Source: an uncultured Thermoplasmata archaeon
Lineage (GTDB): Archaea > Thermoplasmatota > Thermoplasmata > Halarchaeoplasmatales > Halarchaeoplasmataceae
Direction of reading: 5' to 3'
Length of the DNA: 44,575 bases
Assembly: GCA_964399335.1 (NCBI GenBank)
Contig: CAYNQI010000008.1
Span: 1 to 44,575 of the forward strand
The translations under genes and the position numbers were made by a program. Below are positions 17,229 through 25,962 of this stretch, in pieces (the stretch's first letter is position 1; each line of letters starts with the position of its first letter). The notes below the pieces were generated by a model. It did not search any database, was not told the origin of the DNA, and saw only the letters and a program-made list of their open reading frames with translations.

Positions 17229-18206
17229 ATGAATATTGGAGTAATCGGCGTAGGTTCGATGGGACAGAATCATGCTAGAGTTTTATCTGGTATGGATTCA
17301 CTTGGAGCAGTACTAGATTCTAATGAAAAGCTTGCTGAAGAGGTGGGTGAAAAATTCAATGTACCTTGTTTTACTGATATCGATGATTTTTTAAAATTTG
17401 ATCTAGATGGTGTAACTATAGCGACTCCTGCTAACATACATAATGAAATCGCTATCAAAGTTATGGAAAATGGATTAGATCTTCTGGTGGAAAAACCGAT
17501 AGCCTTGAACAGTTCCAAAGCAAGGGAACTTGTAGAAAAAGCCTCGAAAGAAGAGCTTATACTGGCAGTCGGGATGATTGAAAGACATAATCCAGTGATA
17601 TCAACAGCTAAAACTTTGATAAATGATGGTAATGTTGGAGATGTTATAACTATGAGCTCCAAAAGGGTGAGTTCTTTCCCTGCTAGAGTTTCAGATATGG
17701 GTGTGATCATGGATTTGGCTATACATGACCTCGACGTGATGAGATATTTATCCGAAGATGAGATCACGTCCGTTTACACTTCTGGAGGACCGTCTAATAA
17801 CGGTTCAGGTCACGAAGACCACGCTAATATTTTGATCCAGTTCGAAAACGGTGTCGATGGATTACTTGAAGTCAATTGGTTAACACCTCATAAAGTTAGA
17901 AATCTATGGATCACATGCTCTAAGGAATACATCGAGATTGATTATATCGACCAGACTATGGTGATAAGTTCCTCTCAACTGTTGGAATATGATGTAAGCA
18001 ACCTATTCGATATACCTTTAGAACATAATATACGTAAATATTCAGTTAAAAGACAAGAACCATTGAGAAGAGAACTACAAGACTTCGTAGATTCTATTAA
18101 AGATAGGAGAGAACCTATGGTGAATGGTGAAGACGGGTTGAAAAGCATGAAGGTGGCGGAGGCTGCTTTAAAATCCTTAAGGCAGAGAAAAAAAATTGAG
18201 CTGTGA
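17229..18206 (+). CDS. Gfo/Idh/MocA oxidoreductase (nucleotide-sugar 3-dehydrogenase, WbpB-like)
   Basis: GVIGVGSMG, LVEKPIA, ERHNP, DLAIHDLD. Confidence 0.85.
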   Translation: MNIGVIGVGSMGQNHARVLSGMDSLGAVLDSNEKLAEEVGEKFNVPCFTDIDDFLKFDLDGVTIATPANIHNEIAIKVMENGLDLLVEKPIALNSSKARELVEKASKEELILAVGMIERHNPVISTAKTLINDGNVGDVITMSSKRVSSFPARVSDMGVIMDLAIHDLDVMRYLSEDEITSVYTSGGPSNNGSGHEDHANILIQFENGVDGLLEVNWLTPHKVRNLWITCSKEYIEIDYIDQTMVISSSQLLEYDVSNLFDIPLEHNIRKYSVKRQEPLRRELQDFVDSIKDRREPMVNGEDGLKSMKVAEAALKSLRQRKKIEL

Positions 18207-18793
18207 TGAATATGGTCAAGAAACTCGGACCGTTGGAATTACCGGAGGATGTTATAATCGGTGAAGATGTAATACTAGGTTATCCGGGTAGAGAAAATAT
18301 ATGTTGTTTAAAAGATAAAGATTATACAGACCTACCAAAGACCTTGATAGGACCCGGATCTATCATTCGAGATTTTACGGTGATATATTCGGATGTGAAA
18401 ATCGGTAAAAGTATTAGAACAGGACACCATGTCCTGATCCGAGAGGGGTGTACGATTGGAGATAACTGTTTGATAGGTTCAGGCTCTATAATCGAAAATG
18501 ATTGTGATATAGGGGATAACGTATCTCTGCAGAGCGGAGTATACTTATCAACAGGCACTAAAATCGAAGATGATGTCTTTATAGGACCAAATGTATGCAT
18601 CACAAATGACAAAAATATGGATTCTAATATTCAACCTGTCGTGATAGGGGAGGGTGCTAAAATCGGAGCTAATTCTACGATTATTGCCGGAGTTGAAGTC
18701 GGCAAAAATTCGATGATAGGGTCAGGTTCTGTTGTTACAAAAGATGTACCAAAAAATTCTCTAGTTTACGGAAATCCTGCAGAAATTAGATGA
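18203..18793 (+). CDS. Left-handed beta-helix acetyltransferase (WbpD-like)
   Basis: Hexapeptide repeats, TGHHVLIRE, FIGPNVCITNDK, IGANSTI, GNPA. Confidence 0.85.
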   Translation: MMNMVKKLGPLELPEDVIIGEDVILGYPGRENICCLKDKDYTDLPKTLIGPGSIIRDFTVIYSDVKIGKSIRTGHHVLIREGCTIGDNCLIGSGSIIENDCDIGDNVSLQSGVYLSTGTKIEDDVFIGPNVCITNDKNMDSNIQPVVIGEGAKIGANSTIIAGVEVGKNSMIGSGSVVTKDVPKNSLVYGNPAEIR

Positions 18794-18877
18794 ATCGCTA
18801 CCGGGATAGTTGCATAGTTATAAACCTTTTTTAGAAAGATTTATTTGGAGGCCTTTTATTTCATTATAACAGATAGC

Positions 18878-19369
18878 ATGGCAGAAGTACAGAAATTTCT
18901 TGAACAGGGAGAAAGATTACTAAATGAATTTGATTACGAAAAGGCCTATAAGAAATTTAAAAAGGCAATCGATAAAGAGGAGAGTGCGAGAGCCTATTTT
19001 GGTAAAGCAGAGGCTGCATTAGGTATACCTGAGATCGAATCAGAGGATATCATAGCAGATTATGAAAAAGCTATAGAGTTGGAAGAAAATCCATTTTATC
19101 ATCAGGCTGTTGCTTCTTTTTGTATTGATGTAGGTAAATTCGAGAAAGCCGAGGAGCATTATAGGGAAGCGGCTAAACTTGATCCAGAAAATAAAGAACA
19201 TTATCTTTCAGAGTTGGCTGTGGGATACAGATTTAAAGCTCCTGTCATGATGGAAAAACTTATCCAGCAGACAGGTCAGGGTGAAGATATAATTTTGAGA
19301 AAATCTCTGAACTATATGTTAGAAGCCTTGGATATAGATAGAGAAAAAGCCAAAGACTTACTCGGGTAA
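18878..19369 (+). CDS. Small TPR protein
   Basis: AYFGKAEA and YREAAKLDPEN TPR-like helices. Start moved to ATG 18878. Confidence 0.75.
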   Translation: MAEVQKFLEQGERLLNEFDYEKAYKKFKKAIDKEESARAYFGKAEAALGIPEIESEDIIADYEKAIELEENPFYHQAVASFCIDVGKFEKAEEHYREAAKLDPENKEHYLSELAVGYRFKAPVMMEKLIQQTGQGEDIILRKSLNYMLEALDIDREKAKDLLG

Positions 19370-19420
19370 TTTAGCACGTAAACTTTATATTATACCGCTA
19401 TTAGTATTCCACTGAATAAG

Positions 19421-19723
19421 ATGTTCTGTCCAAACTGTAATTCGTTAATGAAGCCCAATGATGGAGAATGGTTCTGTAAAAAATGTGAATACACTAGAAA
19501 AGTGAAAGATGAGGATCACACAGCTATAACTTCTAAAAAACAAAGTAAAGACACGATAATAATCGAAGAGGAAGTCGATACTTTACCAACAACCAAAGTA
19601 AGATGTCCTGAATGTGATAATAACAAAGCATATTGGAGATTAGAGCAGACTAGAGCAGCAGATGAACCCGAAACCAGGATTTATCGATGCACCGAATGCC
19701 GGCACACTTGGCGAGAATATTAA
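19421..19723 (+). CDS. tfs: Transcription factor S (RpoM/TFS)
   Basis: MFCPNC...C..C and CPEC...QTRAADEPETRIYRC..C..W. The acidic DE hairpin is intact. Confidence 0.96.
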   Translation: MFCPNCNSLMKPNDGEWFCKKCEYTRKVKDEDHTAITSKKQSKDTIIIEEEVDTLPTTKVRCPECDNNKAYWRLEQTRAADEPETRIYRCTECRHTWREY

Positions 19724-19742
19724 AGATATTAAGGTGTCATAA

Positions 19743-20360
19743 ATGTTCGAAATTGGGAAAATTAGATTCCGTGCTATGAATAGAGATGATATCCCTTTGT
19801 TAGAAAACTGGGAGAGTGAACATCAGGTAACCCTTTTTTCAAGAGGTGAACCATTAGTTTTTAAGAATCGAGACGATATTGAAAATGAGTACGAAGAGAA
19901 TCTTAAAAATGATGATAAACTAGTTATGATAATAGAGCAGATAAGAGATGATAAAGCGATAGGTATTGCAACTGTAAAAAAACGTTCAGGTAAAGTAAAA
20001 AGTGCTGACATCGGTACTTATATCGGTGAAAAGAAGTTCTGGAATAAAGGATTGGGCAGCAATGTAACTCTTGGTATTTGCGAAATGTTGTTTTTTCACA
20101 AAAATTATGATAGGATAAGTGCATGGAGTAGCTCAATAAACAAAAGGGCTCATAATGTTCTAAAAAAATTTGGTTTTAAAAAAACAGGTATCGCTAGAAA
20201 AAGTGGATATATGTTTGGTAAAAGGATAGATTGGGTATTTTTTGATTTACTAAAAGAAGAATATATGGAAAAAAGAGATGAATACTTACATGAATATTTG
20301 GAAAATAAAGTTTCATATCTTAAAAAATACTGTGGAATTAATTTCTATGCAAGAGAATAA
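19743..20360 (+). CDS. GNAT N-acetyltransferase (RimJ/RimL-like)
   Basis: IGTYIGEKKFWNKGLGS, N.RA...KKFGF..G. Confidence 0.85.
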   Translation: MFEIGKIRFRAMNRDDIPLLENWESEHQVTLFSRGEPLVFKNRDDIENEYEENLKNDDKLVMIIEQIRDDKAIGIATVKKRSGKVKSADIGTYIGEKKFWNKGLGSNVTLGICEMLFFHKNYDRISAWSSSINKRAHNVLKKFGFKKTGIARKSGYMFGKRIDWVFFDLLKEEYMEKRDEYLHEYLENKVSYLKKYCGINFYARE

Positions 20361-20870
20361 CTTGAACTCCACTCCATCCTGAATGAAGGACAATCCATCT
20401 CCACAATAAGAGGGGGATGCTTCTTTCTCAAAGCTTAACTTACCAGAAGAGGTCATTTATTAGCAAGTTTTTAGGTTTAACGGAATAACGTCTCATAAGT
20501 CTACGACGGTTGGTTGTTCAAATATCCGCTCAATTGGAATATCTCACGAGAGGAGTCCCAACTTGCAAGACTACCGATGGCCGTGTCATCAGCCTGTTAA
20601 TGCGTTCCAACCAATTATGACGGATACAGTAACGCCTATACCAATAGATATAACTAGCTCCACACCTTTAAAATCCGATAGGGTGCGTTTCGGAATTTCG
20701 GATGAAAATCCAAAGGTCGGTGGAATTGCATAGCAATTCCTACAGAGGTTGGTCAAAGTTGATATACTATCACCATTCATCCTCCGCCTAAATATTCAAG
20801 ATTTTATCCCTTGATCCTCACTGACATTACAGATACGGTAGCATTCCGGCTGATTTAGGTGATCTTTATC
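20360..20870 (-). pseudogene. Decayed coding remnant, HNH-like Cys motifs followed by a hydrophobic segment
   Basis: One frame reads CYRICNVSEDQGIKS*IFRRRMNGDSISTLTNLCRNCY, with a stop at 20798-20796. Further interrupted protein-like frames lie downstream. Confidence 0.35.
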
Positions 20871-20910
20871 TAAAAATTAAAGTAAGATAAACTCTTTTTC
20901 AAATATCAGA

Positions 20911-22062
20911 ATGAAATCAGAATTGTCACTGACCTACAAAGATAAAGTCTTACTATTTCTTAGAGATTATATCGAATTAGATAACAGAAATGAACTACCC
21001 GAAGATATAACTCAAAAAGGCATATCAGAAAAAACTGGTATGTCGAGGACACATGCTTCTAGAATACTTAAAGGTTTGAAAGAAGAGGGTTTGATCGAGG
21101 AAAAATTATCAAGTGTTGAAGGTCATGAACGAAAACTAAAAACATATAGACTAACATCTAAGGGTTTCGAAGAATCAAAGAAGCTTTATGACACGTTGAT
21201 CGATCTAGAAATAAGAGTTGTTCATGATCAAAATGAAAGAGACATGGCTATCTCTAAAGTCTTGAAAAGGCATAATAAAAATCCGACCTTATTTGAATTA
21301 TTAAATATGTTAAAAACTAAGAACATACCAATTGATATAAACGGTACTGAAAAAACTATTTCAGAGGTAAAAGAATCCCCTGAATTTTTTGAATTTATCG
21401 ATAGAAAAAGAGAATTAGAGGAATTAGAAAGGTGGTTTAAGAGTGATATACCTGTAGCTATAATACTTGGTAGAAGAGGATACGGTAGTTCAACACTAGC
21501 ATCTTCTTTTATCAAGAGAAAAAATAGACACACTTTATGGATTAAAACAACAAATAAATCATGGAGAACAATTAAAGACCAGATCAAATCATTTTTAGAT
21601 AAATTAGATAAGAATAATAAGGAAAATATTAACATCTTAGAAAGGATATTACAGGAAAAAGTGTTCCTTGTTTTTGATGATTATTACAAAGTAGATGATG
21701 ATCTTGTTGATTTTCTTAGCGATTATTTGGAGTTGAATAGGAATAAAATGAAAAGTAAGATCTTGGTAACATCTAGAAAAGGTATACCTGTTTACGAGAG
21801 ATTCTATAAGATTAAAGATGTTAACAATAATAATGTAAGAGAGATCGATATCTCTCCATTCGATAAAGATGATGCTCAAAAACTTTTAGGCACCCAGTTG
21901 AAAGATGAAGCACTTGATAGATTGATGTTGATGACAAAGGGGTCCCCCCTATTACTCCATTTATTAAAAGAGGAGGATAGAGAACAACTTAATAAAGTCA
22001 GTCCTTTAAGTAGAGAACAGATATCGTTATTGTTTTTTTTAAAATCAGAAGAAAAGACCTAA
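20911..22062 (+). CDS. Winged-helix DNA-binding domain fused to a degenerate STAND-type NTPase domain, no TPR
   Basis: ITQKGISEKTGMSRTHASRIL...YRLT.KG (wHTH), FIDRKREL, GRRGYGSST (Walker A Lys replaced by Ser), VFDD, LVTSR, KGSPL. Confidence 0.8.
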   Translation: MKSELSLTYKDKVLLFLRDYIELDNRNELPEDITQKGISEKTGMSRTHASRILKGLKEEGLIEEKLSSVEGHERKLKTYRLTSKGFEESKKLYDTLIDLEIRVVHDQNERDMAISKVLKRHNKNPTLFELLNMLKTKNIPIDINGTEKTISEVKESPEFFEFIDRKRELEELERWFKSDIPVAIILGRRGYGSSTLASSFIKRKNRHTLWIKTTNKSWRTIKDQIKSFLDKLDKNNKENINILERILQEKVFLVFDDYYKVDDDLVDFLSDYLELNRNKMKSKILVTSRKGIPVYERFYKIKDVNNNNVREIDISPFDKDDAQKLLGTQLKDEALDRLMLMTKGSPLLLHLLKEEDREQLNKVSPLSREQISLLFFLKSEEKT

Positions 22063-22136
22063 TATTTTTCCCATCCCTTTGCTTAGGTGTAGATAGTAAT
22101 ATTTTTATTACATAAGCGATTGGCAGTTATGATATC

Positions 22137-22427
22137 ATGTATGCAGTATTTGAGGTAGAATCCGAAAAATTCGATCTGATTCAAGATGCTTTGTCTGATG
22201 AGCTGATCAGCCGTCAAACCACCAGTATCAGAGATGGTAAGAGCTTGGGTATGAAAGAGAACTATAATTATTTCATGATTGAAGGTAGCGAAGAAGCTAT
22301 TGAAAGAGCTGTAGAATTGTTCAAAGAAGAAGGAGTCGAAAAGGCTGAGGATGCTGAAGAAGTTAAAAAAGCTATAGAAAAAGAAGATGAAGCTGCAGCC
22401 CATGGAATGGGAACTGTCTTCGGTTAA
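22137..22427 (+). CDS. Small acidic hypothetical protein
   Basis: Clean 96-aa ORF, proteome-like composition, T-rich tract after the stop. Confidence 0.75.
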   Translation: MYAVFEVESEKFDLIQDALSDELISRQTTSIRDGKSLGMKENYNYFMIEGSEEAIERAVELFKEEGVEKAEDAEEVKKAIEKEDEAAAHGMGTVFG

Positions 22428-22531
22428 ACACTTTTTTAACTCCTTTACGATCTTTTTTTCTAATCTATTGTTCTAGTGTTGTACCAAAACCCTTTTTTAA
22501 AACATGGGGGGATTTATTAGTAGTGATAAAC

Positions 22532-23554
22532 ATGAAAGCGATATACAAAAAATTAGGAGTAATATTGAGCGTAATACTGATAGCTTTAATCCCAGTATCA
22601 CTAGCGACTACATCGATTGCCGAAGAAAGCGGACCGATAGATGATTTTGACCCCCCTGTGGATGGTGGGGAAATGTTTAGGAACAGAGCTGAGAACGCTG
22701 CCTCACATGGTGCAGCAACATTTTTGAAAGTTGAAGACTATGAACCATGGGCTGCGTTAGTTATAAACGCCGGTGATCCAAGAGGTGTTGACGCTGTTTC
22801 AGCAAGTTTCGAAGACGGAACCCTAAGGATAGAAGCACAGGATAGTAACTCGACAAATCACGTAACAATACTGATAAACAAAGAATTCGCCGATGAATAT
22901 CTAGCGGACGCTGAAAGTGACTTAGAAATAGAAACAAGCGATGCTGTGAACTACGAAGGGATGGATAACTCGAATGCAAGTGCCGGTGGAGGAGCGATGT
23001 ATGTCTTCCAAGTGGAGGAATTCAGTACACAGACGATAGAGATGTCACAATCATTTGATTTTGATACACCTGTAGATGGTCAAAAAGAACGGAATAGAGC
23101 AGAAGATGCAGCAGCACAGGGAGTAGCGACCTTCCTCAAAGTAGAAGGTTATGAACCTTGGGCTGCATTGGTGATAAATGCTGGACATTCGGATGGTATT
23201 GACGAAGTTACAGTGGACTTCGATGGAGAAACACTGACTATAGAGGCAACTGATGAAAAAGAAGAGCCGAACCATGTGACCATTCTGATTAACAAGGCTT
23301 TCGCAGATGAACATCTAGCTGATGCCGAAGGAGACTTAGAAATAGAAACAAGTGATGCAGTTAATTATGAGGGTCTAGACGAATCGAACGCCAGTGCAGG
23401 TGGAGGAGCGATGTATGTCTTCCACATAGAACACTTTAGCACACAATATATTGAGATGTCAGCTGAGGAATCCATACCATTCATCGGTATTCCACTGATG
23501 TTGATGGCAGGAGCTGTTCCAGTAGCATACTATTACTTCAAGAAAAAAGAGTAA
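22532..23554 (+). CDS. Secreted cell-surface protein with two 138-aa repeats and a C-terminal anchor
   Basis: Signal peptide, duplicated domain, C-terminal IPFIG + TM helix + KKKE. Confidence 0.85.
   Translation: MKAIYKKLGVILSVILIALIPVSLATTSIAEESGPIDDFDPPVDGGEMFRNRAENAASHGAATFLKVEDYEPWAALVINAGDPRGVDAVSASFEDGTLRIEAQDSNSTNHVTILINKEFADEYLADAESDLEIETSDAVNYEGMDNSNASAGGGAMYVFQVEEFSTQTIEMSQSFDFDTPVDGQKERNRAEDAAAQGVATFLKVEGYEPWAALVINAGHSDGIDEVTVDFDGETLTIEATDEKEEPNHVTILINKAFADEHLADAEGDLEIETSDAVNYEGLDESNASAGGGAMYVFHIEHFSTQYIEMSAEESIPFIGIPLMLMAGAVPVAYYYFKKKE
22646..23461 (+). repeat. Intragenic tandem duplication with a 414-bp period
   Basis: Units begin at 22646 and 23060 (FD.PVDG) and end at IEMS (23047 and 23461). 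Shared blocks include YEPWAALVINAG, NHVTILINK and NASAGGGAMYVF. Confidence 0.95.
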
Positions 23555-23585
23555 AAACGCTAAAAAAACCTTTTTTTCTATTTTT

Positions 23586-24503
23586 TTAAATTCCTGCTAA
23601 AAGTGTGACTCTTGTCCTATCACCTATACTTGGGTCTTTTTTCAAACCCCACATGATATTTGCATCAGGTGATTTTTTACGGATCACGTCAAGTGCATCT
23701 TCTGCTTCTAACTCTGCAGTACCCTTACCGCTGGTAACTACTGTTAAAATAGTTTCATAGTCCTTTGGATCATCTAACCAAGGTGATCTGTAAGCTTCTT
23801 TGGATGCTCTTTTACCTCTTCTTCTGCCTTTCCCATAACCTGCACCGATCCTGAATTCGTCCACACCATAACAAAAGTCCCTTAACGGGGATATATCTCC
23901 TCTAGTCATAACCGAGTTAAAATCAATAATCGGGAGCATTATTATTGAATTCATCACGTTGAACGCTTTTGTCATAGGTAGATGTGGACTCATCTTCAAC
24001 AATCTACTGTTTTCGAAAACCGCTAAAACGTCACAGTTTTTACTTATCTCATCCTTGGCTTCCTTAGCAAAACGAGCCCTTGATCCTCCTTCGTTACGGA
24101 AAGGCATTGCCACAAAAACCATGGTGAATCCCTGATCAGAAGTGATCCTAGAACATACTGGTGTGGTCCAACTTCCGGTCTCCCCCCCCAGGCCAGATAA
24201 GACATAAAAAAGATCACCTGATTTACTGGACCTTTTAAGTTTTTCCTCAGAATGATTTGATCGTAAATTACCAATATTTTTAATTGTGTCATAAGACTCT
24301 CTTATTTCCTTTTTGTCAATGTTTATAAATTCACATTGATCAAATCGTCTTTTAAAACCCACTTCTAAGAAGGACATATTTGTAACAGAGTTATCATCCA
24401 TGAGAGAAGACAATATATTCCTACCTGCACCACCTATTCCAAATACCTTAGTCTCTGGTCGATCCCTGTTTTTCTCTGCTCCGAATCTCAAAGTTTTTCC
24501 CAT
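23586..24503 (-). CDS. Divergent FtsZ/tubulin-family protein
   Basis: GIGGAGRN, GLGGETGS, PFRNEG, FENSRL, and a C-terminal IMWG...RVTLLAG fold pattern. Confidence 0.85.
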   Translation of the reverse strand: MGKTLRFGAEKNRDRPETKVFGIGGAGRNILSSLMDDNSVTNMSFLEVGFKRRFDQCEFINIDKKEIRESYDTIKNIGNLRSNHSEEKLKRSSKSGDLFYVLSGLGGETGSWTTPVCSRITSDQGFTMVFVAMPFRNEGGSRARFAKEAKDEISKNCDVLAVFENSRLLKMSPHLPMTKAFNVMNSIIMLPIIDFNSVMTRGDISPLRDFCYGVDEFRIGAGYGKGRRRGKRASKEAYRSPWLDDPKDYETILTVVTSGKGTAELEAEDALDVIRKKSPDANIMWGLKKDPSIGDRTRVTLLAGI

Positions 24504-24540
24504 CTTATACGTATCCTATATTGAATGATAAGATAAAAAT

Positions 24541-24969
24541 TTATTTGTCTATGGATAAGTAAGAACGTTTATTCTTATAGTACTCTGCTTCAATACCTTG
24601 ATCCAAAAATATTCTTTTTTTAGAAGCGATATAACCTATTATCCCACCGATAGCCGGGAAAACATAAGAGGCGAATACAACTTCGCTCACGCTAAAAAAA
24701 AGTAAAGCTAAATATACACCTAAAAACAAATTTATTACAAATGGTACCATCCATCCTAGATTCATACCCAAATATATACCAAAGAAAATACCTATAAAAC
24801 TACCGATCAATAAAGCTATACCAAGGAATGATATATAGTTTGAACCGAAAACAATGCCTAATATAAAGACGGCAAAACCTATAATGAATACATAATAAAG
24901 TTCCGTCCATATCTCTTTATATTTTATAAAAACGTCTTTCAGTTTTTCTTTCCTAGATTTTTCAGCCAT
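24541..24969 (-). CDS. Hypothetical membrane protein (about 4 TM helices)
   Basis: Hydrophobic ORF. Probable start is ATG 24969 after GTGAT. Confidence 0.65.
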   Translation of the reverse strand: MAEKSRKEKLKDVFIKYKEIWTELYYVFIIGFAVFILGIVFGSNYISFLGIALLIGSFIGIFFGIYLGMNLGWMVPFVINLFLGVYLALLFFSVSEVVFASYVFPAIGGIIGYIASKKRIFLDQGIEAEYYKNKRSYLSIDK

Positions 24970-25112
24970 TATAATATCACGTCTTTTCATTCAAGGGTAT
25001 GTTCAATTTAAAAAAAAACAAGATATCTATAATTCTTTTGGTTATTTTAGATTGATATTTGATGAAAAGTTAAAAGTAATACATATAACATTGTATTAAA
25101 GGGTGTGAAAGA

Positions 25113-25847
25113 ATGTGTCCGTGTTATGAAATAATAGAAAATGAAGAAATTCCTGAAATCGAATGTCTAGTAGCAGGTTTTCCAGCAATGGGGTTGATAG
25201 GAGGGATCGCTAGCGAACAATTAATTAACAGTTTAAATATGGTCCAAGTAGCTTCCTTAAAATGTGACGAATTTCCACCAACTTCTGTCATATTCGATGG
25301 AATACCAAGAAGGCCTCTGAGATTTTTTATCAGTGATGAATTGATGTTAGTAAAATCTGATATGGTCATACCTACTAAATTAACTACAAGATTGGCTACA
25401 GAAATAGTAGAATGGAGCATGGATAAAGGTATAAGCGAAATAATAACACTTGATGGCATACCGAAAAAAGAAGATACGGATGAAACGAAAATATGGGGTG
25501 TACTAAGTACGCGTGAAGATATGGAAGAATTCGAAGCACTCGATATTGAAATTATAGAGAGAGGGGCGATATCAGGTATATCTAGTTCTTTACTTCTCGA
25601 AGCTGTAGAACATGATATCAAAGCACTAGGTATGTTTGCAGAGGGAGAACACAAATTACCTGATCCAAGAGCCTCTGCAGCATTGTTAGGAAAATTAGCA
25701 GATTATAAAGGTCTAAATATTGAAACAGAAACACTCATAGAAAGTGCTGATAATTTGGAGAAAGAATTTGAAGACTTAGTCCAGCAAACCGAAAAATTGA
25801 AGAAAGATATGAATGGAAGATCGGCTCATCCTCCTTTATATGGATGA
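25113..25847 (+). CDS. PAC2-family proteasome assembly chaperone/activator (PbaA/PbaB-like)
   Basis: GFPAMGLIGGIA, PDPRASA and a C-terminal LYG (HbYX). Confidence 0.9.
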   Translation: MCPCYEIIENEEIPEIECLVAGFPAMGLIGGIASEQLINSLNMVQVASLKCDEFPPTSVIFDGIPRRPLRFFISDELMLVKSDMVIPTKLTTRLATEIVEWSMDKGISEIITLDGIPKKEDTDETKIWGVLSTREDMEEFEALDIEIIERGAISGISSSLLLEAVEHDIKALGMFAEGEHKLPDPRASAALLGKLADYKGLNIETETLIESADNLEKEFEDLVQQTEKLKKDMNGRSAHPPLYG

Positions 25848-25962
25848 GGGTCACACATATTGCAATATGAGGAGACATTTCGCCTCATCAAATTATTTAT
25901 TATATCATTCTAAGTTCCATCCGATAACTATTTTTGTGAGTAGAGGGAATGGTTGATCAGAG

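Noticed and set aside
20589-20780. 63-aa ORF as an archaeal pilin (KG-VELVI, class III signal-like)
   Set aside because: The match is weak, the ORF ends right after the hydrophobic helix, and it sits in a decayed region.
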